DNA of 49,431 nt from the NCBI GenBank assembly GCA_037140515.1, contig JBAXEI010000001.1, forward strand, positions 96,267 to 145,697, given 5' to 3'. A model generated the notes under the pieces. That model ran no database searches and had not been told where the DNA came from. It saw only the letters and a program-made list of their open reading frames with translations. This stretch comes from Candidatus Berkelbacteria bacterium (lineage in GTDB: Bacteria > Patescibacteriota > UBA1384 > XYA2-FULL-43-10 > 1-14-0-10-43-13). Position numbers and translations under genes: made by a program. Below, piece after piece: positions 28,438 through 38,266 of the stretch. The first letter of the stretch is position 1, and each line of letters starts with the position of its first letter.

Positions 28438-29850
28438 ATGATCAATACAAAAAATACACATGCTAAGCTAGCGGGGAGCAAGGTAGCTATTATCGGTCTC
28501 GGAATCGAGGGCGCTGCTCTTTGCGAGTTTCTTATTGATAAAGTTTTGAGCATTACAGTTTTGGATAAACTTGATCCGGCAAAAATCGAGGAAAAAGTTG
28601 ATCAAGATCTCTATCTCAAGATCTCTAAAGTCATTGAAAATGAAAGAATTACTAAAGTTTTTGGCTCAAGCTACATGGATTCGCTGGACGAGTTCGATAT
28701 CATTTTTCGTTCGCCATCTGTTTATTTCGCTGATCCGAAGTTGTTAGCTGCCAGCGCCTCTGGTGTGAAAATATCTAGCCAAATTGATTTATTTTTTGAT
28801 CTATGCCCATGCCAGATTGTCGGAGTGACTGGGACCAAGGGTAAGGGAACAACGGCTACTTTGATATCAGAGATACTAAAGAAGGCCAAAAGCTGTAATG
28901 TCTTCTTGGCTGGCAATATTGGCTATCCTGCTATTACATTGATTCCAGAAATAAAAAGTGATGACATCGTCATACTTGAGCTATCGAATTTTCAATTAGC
29001 TGATCTTGGAAAGAGCCCTCAGGTTGCTGTAGTAACAAACGTCTATGTTGATCATCTTGATTACCACAAGAGTACAGAAGAGTATCGTACTGCAAAATTT
29101 AACATTTTGGCTCATCAGCAAGAAGGTGATATAGCAGTATTGAACAAAAAATCATCTTTTAGTACTGATGAGCTTGTTTCCGTGAAGTCGAAAATTAGAT
29201 ATTTTGGCTCTGATTCTGAAGACGCAATCGTTTGTCGGGACAAAGTAATCCTGGACCCAGCCGTTCGTAATCTAGAAATATGTGGACTTATGGAGATTAA
29301 TCTGTTTGGTAGGCATAATTTGGAAAATATAGCCGCTGCAACCTTGGTAGCGGACTCGCTTGGTGTAGACGCTAAAACTATTAGCGTGGTGGTCAAAAAA
29401 TTTGTAGGTTTGCCACACAGATTGGAGCTGGTGAGAGAAATTAATGGAATGAAGTTCATAAATGATTCGTTCGCTACAAACCCAGAACCAACAATTGCTG
29501 CTATCGAATCTTTTCGTAACAATAAGATTTTGATCTTGGGCGGTAGCTCAAAAGGCGCCGATTTTCATGAATTAGCAAATAAAATCACTTCCGAAAATGT
29601 AAAAGTCGTCGTTCTGATTGGTAGGGAAGCCTCAAGGATAAAAGAGGCTTTGCTAGATGCAACGTATTCCGGAACTATCATTGATAAAGCTCTTGATTTC
29701 GACGCGGCCGTTCAGGCTTCATATGATGCTGCTAAAGAAGACGATGTAATTATTTTTTCGCCGGCCTGTGCAAGCTTTGATATGTTTAAAAATTATAAAG
29801 ACAGAGGGGATAAGTTCAAGGCGGCGGTTTTGAATCTACCAAAGAAATAA
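28438..29850 (+). CDS. murD: UDP-N-acetylmuramoylalanine--D-glutamate ligase MurD
   Basis: Rossmann-like N-terminus IIGLGIEG, P-loop GVTGTKGKGTT, and C-terminal SPACASFDMFKNYKDRG. Confidence 0.9.
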   Translation: MINTKNTHAKLAGSKVAIIGLGIEGAALCEFLIDKVLSITVLDKLDPAKIEEKVDQDLYLKISKVIENERITKVFGSSYMDSLDEFDIIFRSPSVYFADPKLLAASASGVKISSQIDLFFDLCPCQIVGVTGTKGKGTTATLISEILKKAKSCNVFLAGNIGYPAITLIPEIKSDDIVILELSNFQLADLGKSPQVAVVTNVYVDHLDYHKSTEEYRTAKFNILAHQQEGDIAVLNKKSSFSTDELVSVKSKIRYFGSDSEDAIVCRDKVILDPAVRNLEICGLMEINLFGRHNLENIAAATLVADSLGVDAKTISVVVKKFVGLPHRLELVREINGMKFINDSFATNPEPTIAAIESFRNNKILILGGSSKGADFHELANKITSENVKVVVLIGREASRIKEALLDATYSGTIIDKALDFDAAVQASYDAAKEDDVIIFSPACASFDMFKNYKDRGDKFKAAVLNLPKK

Positions 29851-29851
29851 T

Positions 29852-30973
29852 ATGATAAATAAATTAAGACAAAGACATTCTGACTATTGGCTTTCATTGG
29901 CCGTTTTTGGCTTGATTGTTTTTGGCTTGATTATGATTTACTCTGTATCGAAGTATGATTCGCTCGATATAACACACGGCGCAACCGACAAACTATACTT
30001 GAAACAGCAGCTTAGCAGTCTTTTGATTGGAATTTGTGCATGGATAGCTTTTCAAGCGATCAATTATCAATTTTATAAAAAATATCTTGGTCACCTCTTT
30101 TTCATCACACTCGGCTTGTTGCTGTTACCTCTGATTTTGCGTCCTTTCAACATTACCGTTGGTGGCCGCTGGATAGTCATCGCAGGAATCAATTTTCAGC
30201 CGGCTGAGCTTGCAAAGCTAACTTTTGTTATCTACCTCTCTGGCATGTTTGCCAAATATGATAAGAATTTGAAGGATATTGCAAAGCTCTTTTGGCCATT
30301 CATAACTATTGTTGCCGCGATTGCCACTATCATGTTGATACAAAAGGATTTGGGCACTCTGGCAATTTTTGTGGTGATTGCATCGGTGATATTTATATTT
30401 GCCGGAGCACCCTTATATCAGCTAGTCGCCGCGACTGGTTCGGGAGCTTTTCTGCTCTGGCTAGCGATCAAGATTGAGCCATATCGAATGCAACGGCTCA
30501 CAACTTTTTTGAATCCAGGAAGTGATACTTCGAGCTCAGGCTATCATATCCAGAATGCGCTTATTGCCATCGGCTCAGGTGGCCTATGGGGTCTTGGCTT
30601 TGGCCAGAGCAAACAAAAATATTTATATTTGCCGGAAGCGCATACTGACTCGATATTTGCTATAATATGCGAGGAGCTTGGCATGGTAAGGTCATCCTTG
30701 GTTATTCTAGTTTTTGCTTTTATTGGTTATCGTGGACTCCTAATTGCGCGAAACGCTCCAGATACATTTTCTCGTTTGATGGCAATTGGTATCACTTCAT
30801 GGCTTTTCTTCCAAATGGCAATCAATATCGCAGCGATGTTCTCACTTGTACCGCTCACCGGAATCCCTTTGCCATTTATCAGTTATGGCGGAACCTCACT
30901 TATTGTTTTACTCTCAGCTGTAGGAATTCTCACTAATATTTCTAAATATCAAGTTTATGAAACAAAAAAATAA
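29852..30973 (+). CDS. ftsW: SEDS-family peptidoglycan glycosyltransferase FtsW
   Basis: Ten-TM-type protein with QPAELAKL, LPEAHTDSIFA and PLPFISYGGTS motifs. Confidence 0.9.
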   Translation: MINKLRQRHSDYWLSLAVFGLIVFGLIMIYSVSKYDSLDITHGATDKLYLKQQLSSLLIGICAWIAFQAINYQFYKKYLGHLFFITLGLLLLPLILRPFNITVGGRWIVIAGINFQPAELAKLTFVIYLSGMFAKYDKNLKDIAKLFWPFITIVAAIATIMLIQKDLGTLAIFVVIASVIFIFAGAPLYQLVAATGSGAFLLWLAIKIEPYRMQRLTTFLNPGSDTSSSGYHIQNALIAIGSGGLWGLGFGQSKQKYLYLPEAHTDSIFAIICEELGMVRSSLVILVFAFIGYRGLLIARNAPDTFSRLMAIGITSWLFFQMAINIAAMFSLVPLTGIPLPFISYGGTSLIVLLSAVGILTNISKYQVYETKK

Positions 30974-32072
30974 TACGATAATGTTGGTAGGCGGCGGTAC
31001 AGGCGGACATGCTGGACCGATTTTGGCGATCTATCAAGAGCTAAAAAAGACCCAACCAAATCTATCGATATATGTTGTTGGTGTTGGTAGTGAGGAGGAA
31101 AAGCATTTTTTTGATGGACTACCACTATATCGCAAGATCAAATCTGGAAAATTACATCGCTACGTCACACTGAAAAATATTGTTGAGTCGTTGAAGTTTT
31201 CTTATGGTTTTGTTGAATCGATTTTCTTATTGCTTTCACTCAAGCCAAAGCTAATCTTTTCCAAGGGTGGTTATACCTCAATGCCATTGATCTCCGCGGC
31301 TAATATTCTAAAGATTCCTTATTTCCTGCATGAATCAGATATTGAAATGGGAAAGACCAATAGGATTATGTCAAAAAAAGCCGAGAAGGTTTTTGTTAAT
31401 TTTCCGACAAAATATTATCCTGGGATTGCACAGCAGAAATTGGTTTGGAGCGGACCTATACTTCGACATTTTGCAGATACTGGAAAGGATCCGAAAGCAT
31501 TCTTTAAGTTTTCTGAATCGAGACCTGTAATCTTCATGACAGGGGGAAGTCAAGGATCGCTTTCGCTGACTAAAGGATTGATAGACATTGCTCCAAAGCT
31601 GTTGGAGAAGTACGATATTATCCATCAAGCAGGAAAACATAGTATCGAGATAGCGAATAAATTTTGGTCTAAACTGCCTCCCGAAGATAAGAAACATTAT
31701 TATCTGGCCGAATTTTTGAGCATTGAGAATGATACTGATATGATGTGGGAGGCGATAAAAGCAGCCGACCTAATAATCACGCGAGCTGGCAGTACAATCG
31801 CCGAAGCTGCAATTTTGGGGAAGTCGATGATTCTGGTCCCTTGGCGGCACGCTGCACAAGATCATCAGCTGAAAAACGCACAATACCTTGTAGAGAGCAA
31901 TGCAGCGGTTATGATAAAAGAAGAAGCTTTTACCCCAGCGACATTGCTATCTGCGATTGACGTTGCATTTTCAAAGAAAGATCATAACGGCAAAACGATA
32001 TCCGAGGTATTTCCGAAAGATGGAGTTGCGAAAATTTGTGACAGTATAATTAAAGAAATCGAGGAAAAATGA
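30957..32072 (+). CDS. murG: UDP-GlcNAc--lipid I N-acetylglucosamine transferase MurG
   Basis: GGGTGGH N-terminal motif and a GT28 C-terminal pattern (TRAGSTIAE). It overlaps ftsW by 17 nt. An alternative ATG lies at 30981. Confidence 0.9.
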   Translation: MKQKNNTIMLVGGGTGGHAGPILAIYQELKKTQPNLSIYVVGVGSEEEKHFFDGLPLYRKIKSGKLHRYVTLKNIVESLKFSYGFVESIFLLLSLKPKLIFSKGGYTSMPLISAANILKIPYFLHESDIEMGKTNRIMSKKAEKVFVNFPTKYYPGIAQQKLVWSGPILRHFADTGKDPKAFFKFSESRPVIFMTGGSQGSLSLTKGLIDIAPKLLEKYDIIHQAGKHSIEIANKFWSKLPPEDKKHYYLAEFLSIENDTDMMWEAIKAADLIITRAGSTIAEAAILGKSMILVPWRHAAQDHQLKNAQYLVESNAAVMIKEEAFTPATLLSAIDVAFSKKDHNGKTISEVFPKDGVAKICDSIIKEIEEK

Positions 32073-33337
32073 AATATCATCTGATTGGTGAAAAGGGTGT
32101 CTCGATGCGAGGTTTAAAAAAATATTTGATTAGTCTTGGAAACATCGTCACAGGTTCTGATTTGAAAAGTGGCGGTCATAGCGCCTCGAACATTACGGCG
32201 GATATAGATTGCGTTGTCCGTACCTCGGCCGTAAATCCAGGCAGTGAAGGCTGGGTGGAGGTGGAGGCAGCAGAAAAGTTGAATATTCCCGTAATTAAAC
32301 GATCTGAATTGATCGGCCGGTTAACCGCTGGCAAGAAGCTTGTTGCGATTTCTGGCATGCATGGTAAAACAACCATTACATCTATGGTCGGACTTCTAAT
32401 GATTGAGGCTGGAATGGATCCGACTGTGCTTGTTGGCGACGAAGTTAAGGATTTCGATAATGATGTTGTCCGACTCGGCAAATCTGACTGGTTCGTCTTG
32501 GAAGCCTGTGAGTATGACCGAAGTTTTCTCGATTTTTCGCCACAGATTCTGATTCTAACAAATATTGAAGAAGAACATCTCGATACGTATCCTGGTGGTT
32601 TAGCAGAGATAAAAGAAGCTTTTATCCAGTATATAGATCGAATTCCTGATAATGGCTTGATCATAGCGTGCTTCGATGATAAGAACGTGGTTGATGTTCT
32701 TGGCAAGATCAAGACCAAAGCCAAAATAGTTTACTACGGTTTCGAGGCGAAGGCCTTTAATCATCTAGATTACGAACTGAGTGTTCCCGGGCGTCACAAT
32801 GTTTTGAATGCTCTATCTGTAACTGCACTAGCGGATTACCTCAAAATTGATGAGCAAATTACTAAGAAGGTTTTGATTAATTTCACTGGCGCACATCGTC
32901 GATTTGAGCTTATGGGCGTCTACAATGGTTCCGATCTTATTGATGACTATGGCCATCATCCGACCGAAATCATGGCGACGATCGCCGCGCTTAACGAGAA
33001 GTATCCTGACAAGAACAAGATTGTGGTTTTTTGGCCACATCAATATAAACGAATTTTACCGCTGATTGATCAGTTCGCTCATGCATTTACCGAAGCAGAT
33101 GAGGTCATTATAAAACCGATTTATTTTGTTCCAGGTCGCGATGAGGTTCTAAACATTAGCTCTGCGACACTAGTGGAAAAAATAAATAAAATAAAAAATA
33201 ATGCGATCTTTTTCGAGACCGATGACGAGATTGTTAAATATCTGTCCGAAAGGTTGGATCAGGACTCTGTTTTGTTAACGATCGGCATACCTCCTGTTTA
33301 CCAAATTTCAGAAAAGCTGCTGAAAGGAATAAAATGA
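32069..33337 (+). CDS. murC: UDP-N-acetylmuramate--L-alanine ligase MurC
   Basis: GVSMRGLKKYL..G..VTGSD, P-loop ISGMHGKTTIT, and DDYGHHPTE. An ATGA overlap links it to murG. Confidence 0.9.
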   Translation: MKYHLIGEKGVSMRGLKKYLISLGNIVTGSDLKSGGHSASNITADIDCVVRTSAVNPGSEGWVEVEAAEKLNIPVIKRSELIGRLTAGKKLVAISGMHGKTTITSMVGLLMIEAGMDPTVLVGDEVKDFDNDVVRLGKSDWFVLEACEYDRSFLDFSPQILILTNIEEEHLDTYPGGLAEIKEAFIQYIDRIPDNGLIIACFDDKNVVDVLGKIKTKAKIVYYGFEAKAFNHLDYELSVPGRHNVLNALSVTALADYLKIDEQITKKVLINFTGAHRRFELMGVYNGSDLIDDYGHHPTEIMATIAALNEKYPDKNKIVVFWPHQYKRILPLIDQFAHAFTEADEVIIKPIYFVPGRDEVLNISSATLVEKINKIKNNAIFFETDDEIVKYLSERLDQDSVLLTIGIPPVYQISEKLLKGIK

Positions 33338-34269
33338 ATATCGATAAAATCCTTGAGGATGAGCTAGGGGAGAAACTAAAGAAAAATTACTTATTGAAGG
33401 ATCATGTGAGCCTCCATGTCGGAGGGGTCGCAGACTATTTCTACACGGCAGAAAATATTGCTGATTTGACTCATTCCGTTTCCCTAGCACATCGTCTAGG
33501 TTTGCCATATTTTGTATTAGGTGGCGGTTACAATGTGGTTCCTTCTGATTCAGGATTTCATGGCTTGGTTATTAAAAACAAGAGTTCGAATATAGTTTTT
33601 AGTCCAGACTTTTCTACAGTAATTGTTGATTCTGGCGTCAATCTTGGAAAACTTATTAATCTTGCGGCTGGTCGCGATCTTGGAGGATTGGAATTTCTCT
33701 TTGGCGTTCCAGGTACAGTCGGAGGTGCAATCTATGGTAATGCCGGCGCCTTTAATTATGAGATCGGTGATTTCGTAAAATCAGTCACTCTTCTTGTCCC
33801 CAAGGAAGACAAGATGACAATCGTCCGACACACAGCTGATGGTATGAAATTTTCATATCGAAGTTCTAGACTCAAAGATAAAATAATCGGTCCAAAACCA
33901 GTTATTCTGACTGCGACTATACAGCTTGTCCAGCGTCGCAAGGACGAAATACTACGCATGATGCAAGATCATTTAGCCATCAAGAAGAAGACTCAGCCAC
34001 TCGAGGAGACATCTGCTGGAAGCTTCTTTAAAAATATTGGACTTGGCCGAGAGAATGCTGCTGGGTTTTTGCTCGAGCAGGCGGGTGCTAAAAATTTACG
34101 TGTCGGGGATGCAGCGTTTTCTAAGAAGCATGCAAATTTCTTGGTTAATAAGAAAAATGCGACCTCCGCGGATGTGAAAAAATTAGCTGAGATGGCAAAG
34201 AATCTAGTCAAAGAGAAATTTAATAAAGTTATAGAAGAAGAGATTGAGTATATCGGAAGATGGTCATAA
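33334..34269 (+). CDS. murB: UDP-N-acetylenolpyruvoylglucosamine reductase MurB
   Basis: FAD-binding pattern HVGGVADYF, GGGYNVV, GVPGTVGGAIYGNAGA and SAGSFFKN. An ATGA overlap links it to murC. Confidence 0.9.
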   Translation: MNIDKILEDELGEKLKKNYLLKDHVSLHVGGVADYFYTAENIADLTHSVSLAHRLGLPYFVLGGGYNVVPSDSGFHGLVIKNKSSNIVFSPDFSTVIVDSGVNLGKLINLAAGRDLGGLEFLFGVPGTVGGAIYGNAGAFNYEIGDFVKSVTLLVPKEDKMTIVRHTADGMKFSYRSSRLKDKIIGPKPVILTATIQLVQRRKDEILRMMQDHLAIKKKTQPLEETSAGSFFKNIGLGRENAAGFLLEQAGAKNLRVGDAAFSKKHANFLVNKKNATSADVKKLAEMAKNLVKEKFNKVIEEEIEYIGRWS

Positions 34270-35072
34270 GAAGAAATAAAGATTATTCTAGATTGAAATC
34301 CAAAGGGTTTGGGCAGTTTCGCAACCCTTCTCTTTATAATCCAGCGAAAAAGAAAAAACCAGATCGCCTACGTTTTTCATTCGCCTTTTTTAAATTTATA
34401 TTATTTATCCTTGTCCTCATAGCTATAGCCTGGTATTTATTTATTTCTTCGAAGTTTATCGTAAAAGATGTAATCGTCGAGGGTACAAATTTGCTATCGA
34501 AAGACCAAATTGCTGCTATGATACCAAAGAATCAGAATATTTTATTGCTCGATACCAAAGATGTTTCGAATAAAATTTCAATAAAATTTCCCGAGGTTGC
34601 GGACGTACAAATCTTTCGCGGCCTTCCAGATGCCATCAAGATTGTCATTCTCGAAAAAGAGGGAAGTATTGTTTGGCAGAGCGGTGGATTCAAATACTTA
34701 GTTAGTACTCAGGGTGAAGTTGCCAGACAAATAGTTGGTGAGGAAGGCGCAAACTTGCCAATAGTAATCGACAAGCGGAACTTGCCTATCGTCGAAGGGC
34801 AACGAATCGTCTCTGCGAATTTCATCGTTTTCGTAAAAAATATTTACGCAAACTTTGCTACTGAAACGAACATTAAGCCAGCATATTTTGAAATAGACGA
34901 GACTACATTTGATGTCAATCTGTACACCGACGCAGGTATATATATCAAACTTAACAGCTTACGCTCAAGCAATAAACAGCTTGAAAATCTCAAGAAGGTC
35001 TTGGTCGAAAAAAGACCGGATATCCATGAATACGTTGATCTTCGAATAGACGGCTGGGCCTACTATAAATAA
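34260..35072 (+). CDS. ftsQ: Cell division protein FtsQ/DivIB (POTRA domain)
   Basis: Basic N-terminus, single TM, and a POTRA-like segment IVKDVIVEGTNLLSKDQI. It holds the last position of the dcw cluster and overlaps murB by 10 nt. Confidence 0.75.
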   Translation: MVIRRNKDYSRLKSKGFGQFRNPSLYNPAKKKKPDRLRFSFAFFKFILFILVLIAIAWYLFISSKFIVKDVIVEGTNLLSKDQIAAMIPKNQNILLLDTKDVSNKISIKFPEVADVQIFRGLPDAIKIVILEKEGSIVWQSGGFKYLVSTQGEVARQIVGEEGANLPIVIDKRNLPIVEGQRIVSANFIVFVKNIYANFATETNIKPAYFEIDETTFDVNLYTDAGIYIKLNSLRSSNKQLENLKKVLVEKRPDIHEYVDLRIDGWAYYK

Positions 35073-35086
35073 ATGCTAGTAATTTT

Positions 35087-36574
35087 ATGACGAAATTCTT
35101 TACTAAATATTCGATTGAATTTACTTTATTCTTGTCTGGCTCAGTCGGGATGGTTTTAGAAATCGTTGGCTCTAGACTTCTTGCGCCATATTTTGGTAAT
35201 TCAATATTTATTTGGACTAGTTTAATCGGGGTAATATTGGGTTTCATGAGCCTGGGTTATTTTCTTGGAGGCAAGCTTGCTGATAAAAGGTCTGATTATT
35301 TGACAATGAATTCCTTGCTTTTCTTCGCGGCAGTATCAATCTTTTTTGTTTATCTTTTTGATAAGCTACTGTTACCACAGATAGTCTGGTCCGGTGATAC
35401 TAAATATATCTCGGTACTTGTTTCGATGCTTTTATTCGCCGCTCCCTCAACGTTTTTGGGGATGATTACGCCATATGCAACTAGACTTAGGATAAGAGAT
35501 CTTGCGAATTCTGGTTCAATAATCGGCCGGCTATATGCCGTATTAACTTTCGGTAGTATCTTTGGGACCTTTGTCGCTGGGTTTGTTTTAATCACCTTAG
35601 TCGGATCAGAAAGAATAATATTGTGGCTGTCCTTTGCTCTCGCTCTTCTTAGCACTTTTTATCTTAGTAAAAGCGGTAGCAAACGGGTAACAATCTCAAT
35701 ACTATTCCTTGCTTTGAACTTAAGTTGCATTACGGTCAAACCGTTACAGAGCTTTATTGATATTGATACGATCTATGACAGATACGGAATATACGATATA
35801 CCTGCAACGGCTAATAGCCGTCCAATGAGGTATCTGACCAGAACCCACGCTTCTGCGGAATCTGGGATTTATACGGACGTCAATAACGATCTTGTATTCG
35901 AATATACTAAATTCTACAGACTAGCCGATATCTTTAATAACTCACCAGAACAATCTTTAGTAATTGGTGGTGGGGCTATGACCCAACCAGTGGACATTGT
36001 GCGTCGATATCCGAAAAGCCATGTCGACGTCGTGGAGATAGACGGGCAGTTGATAGACATTGCAAAGAAATATTTTGATTATCATGATTTGCCGAATATA
36101 TCCATACATATCGGGGATGGTCGGATGTACCTGAACAATAATAAGACGAAGTATGATTTTATTTTCTTAGATGCATTTAAATCAAATGAGTCAATCCCTT
36201 TCCAACTCACTACAAGAGAATCATTGCAAAAATGCGACTTGTCTTTGACTGATGGAGGCATCGTCTTCGCAAACATTATTTCGTCACTTGATGGCGAATC
36301 AAGCAAGTTTCTAAATTCTGAATACCTGACCTTCAAATCGGTCTTTCCCAAAGTCTATGTTTACGCAGTCTCGGACAGCAAAGACAGTAAAATAATACAG
36401 AATTACGTTCTGATAGGCTCTAAAAATGTTTCGGAAAAAGCTTTTACTACTACTGATGTGGAATTGAAAAAATATTTGAGCAATGATATCAGCTCGGATA
36501 GTCGCCTGGGATTAAATGGAATCGTGCTGACGGATGATTTCGCTCCTGTAGAACAACAACTAATTGGTTTATAA
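35087..36574 (+). CDS. Membrane-fused spermidine synthase-like (PABS/methyltransferase-fold) protein
   Basis: About 7 TM segments at the N-terminus, then LVIGGGAMTQ ... VDVVEID ... DFIFLDAF, a spermidine-synthase-type SAM-fold pattern. Confidence 0.7.
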   Translation: MTKFFTKYSIEFTLFLSGSVGMVLEIVGSRLLAPYFGNSIFIWTSLIGVILGFMSLGYFLGGKLADKRSDYLTMNSLLFFAAVSIFFVYLFDKLLLPQIVWSGDTKYISVLVSMLLFAAPSTFLGMITPYATRLRIRDLANSGSIIGRLYAVLTFGSIFGTFVAGFVLITLVGSERIILWLSFALALLSTFYLSKSGSKRVTISILFLALNLSCITVKPLQSFIDIDTIYDRYGIYDIPATANSRPMRYLTRTHASAESGIYTDVNNDLVFEYTKFYRLADIFNNSPEQSLVIGGGAMTQPVDIVRRYPKSHVDVVEIDGQLIDIAKKYFDYHDLPNISIHIGDGRMYLNNNKTKYDFIFLDAFKSNESIPFQLTTRESLQKCDLSLTDGGIVFANIISSLDGESSKFLNSEYLTFKSVFPKVYVYAVSDSKDSKIIQNYVLIGSKNVSEKAFTTTDVELKKYLSNDISSDSRLGLNGIVLTDDFAPVEQQLIGL

Positions 36575-36576
36575 CT

Positions 36577-38265
36577 ATGGATAAGATTTGGGAAATAGCG
36601 CCGAGAAAATACAACGATTTAATCGATCAATTGCTTTTTAATAGAGGAGTATTCTCTGATAATTCTAAGAAAGAAGCCACGAAGCAAGTATTCTTTCAGC
36701 CTGACTTTGAAAAAGATTTATATCCTGCTAGCAAGATGAAGGGCATCAAAGAGGCAACTTTGCGTATCAAACAAGCAGCGGAAAAGGGAGAGACTGTGGG
36801 CATCTTTGCTGATTATGATGCAGATGGAATTCCTGGCGCAGCTCTACTTTATCGAGCGCTACGCCAGATTGGTATTGACGTAGCAGTCTATATTCCAAAT
36901 CGTGAAACAGGCTATGGCCTTGCAAAGGAGGGGATAGAAGTCCTTGTGTCGAAGCACTGCACACTGATTATCACTGTTGATTTGGGCATTAGGAGTGTTA
37001 ATGAGGCAATTTATTGCAAAGAACAGGGTCTTGATTTAATTATTACTGACCATCATCTGCCAGGTGACGAAATACCAGGTGCCCTTGTAGTCATAAATCC
37101 AAAGCAGCCAGGGGATAGATATCCATTTAAAGAGCTGTGCGGGTGTGGTGTCGCTTATAAACTTATTGTCGGACTCTCTGAATTTTTTCCAGATAGGTTG
37201 GATACAAAATATTTGAAATGGAGCTTGGACCTTGTAGCGATTTCAACAATTGCAGACGTCGTTCCCCTTCTCGATGAAAATAGAATCTTGGCAAAATACG
37301 GGCTAACTGTGATTAATAAGACCAGAAACGTTGGTTTAGCAAATTTACTTAAAGTTATCGGTTTAGATGAGCAAAAAAAAGTTGATGCTTATCAGGTTGG
37401 TTTTCAGATTGCACCGAGAATAAATGCACCAGGGCGAGTAGATCATGCAACAAAGTCGTTTGAGCTGCTGGTGTCCTCTGACGACGGTGAGTCCTCCGAT
37501 CTTGCTAATTGGTTAAACGAAAAAAATGTTGTTCGGCAGGATCAGATGGATAAAGCGCAAGAAGAGGCTGTTGCCAAGATTGCGGCCAATAAATTAAATG
37601 AAAACAAAATCATTATTGTTACTGGTGATTGGCAACGAGGAATTATCGGTCCAACGGCAAGCAGATTGGTTGAAAAGTATGCGCGACCGGTAATCATGTT
37701 TGCGCGAGAAGAAGACACAATGACAGGAAGTGCCCGTAGCGTCCCCGGCGTAAATATTGTCGAGATTTTTGAGCTTTGTAAATCGGAGATTTCTAAATTC
37801 GGTGGTCACAAAGGTGCTGCTGGCATCACTGTAGCCAAAGATAATTTTCAAAAGTTCGAAAAGAAAATTGCAGAAGTTGCCTCAGCGGAAATCTCTGCAG
37901 AAGCCCTGATCAAAAAAATTAAAATTGATGCGAAAGTAGAACTGACTGATTTGACGATGACGTTTAATGCTGACTTGTCAAAATTTGAACCGTTTGGTAT
38001 GGGCAATAGCCGTCCGACATTTCTTCTCTCTGGAGTTCGGTTTTCAACTTTTAGATTTGTCGGAAAAACGGCGAACCACTTCTCAGGGGTAATTGAGGGG
38101 CCTCGGCATAAGTTCAAGGCCATCTGGTTTAGCTGTCCTCGCTCACCAGAATACTTTGATAAAATAAAAAAGTATGACATCGTGTTTACACTTTCCCTAG
38201 ACGAATGGCAAAATCAAAAGACATTATCTTTCAATATTCAGGACCTCCGAATAACTAAGGAGTAA
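36577..38265 (+). CDS. recJ: Single-stranded-DNA-specific exonuclease RecJ
   Basis: DHH motifs DYDADGI, DLG and ITDHH. DHHA1 motif GGHKGAAG. Confidence 0.9.
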   Translation: MDKIWEIAPRKYNDLIDQLLFNRGVFSDNSKKEATKQVFFQPDFEKDLYPASKMKGIKEATLRIKQAAEKGETVGIFADYDADGIPGAALLYRALRQIGIDVAVYIPNRETGYGLAKEGIEVLVSKHCTLIITVDLGIRSVNEAIYCKEQGLDLIITDHHLPGDEIPGALVVINPKQPGDRYPFKELCGCGVAYKLIVGLSEFFPDRLDTKYLKWSLDLVAISTIADVVPLLDENRILAKYGLTVINKTRNVGLANLLKVIGLDEQKKVDAYQVGFQIAPRINAPGRVDHATKSFELLVSSDDGESSDLANWLNEKNVVRQDQMDKAQEEAVAKIAANKLNENKIIIVTGDWQRGIIGPTASRLVEKYARPVIMFAREEDTMTGSARSVPGVNIVEIFELCKSEISKFGGHKGAAGITVAKDNFQKFEKKIAEVASAEISAEALIKKIKIDAKVELTDLTMTFNADLSKFEPFGMGNSRPTFLLSGVRFSTFRFVGKTANHFSGVIEGPRHKFKAIWFSCPRSPEYFDKIKKYDIVFTLSLDEWQNQKTLSFNIQDLRITKE

Positions 38266-38266
38266 A

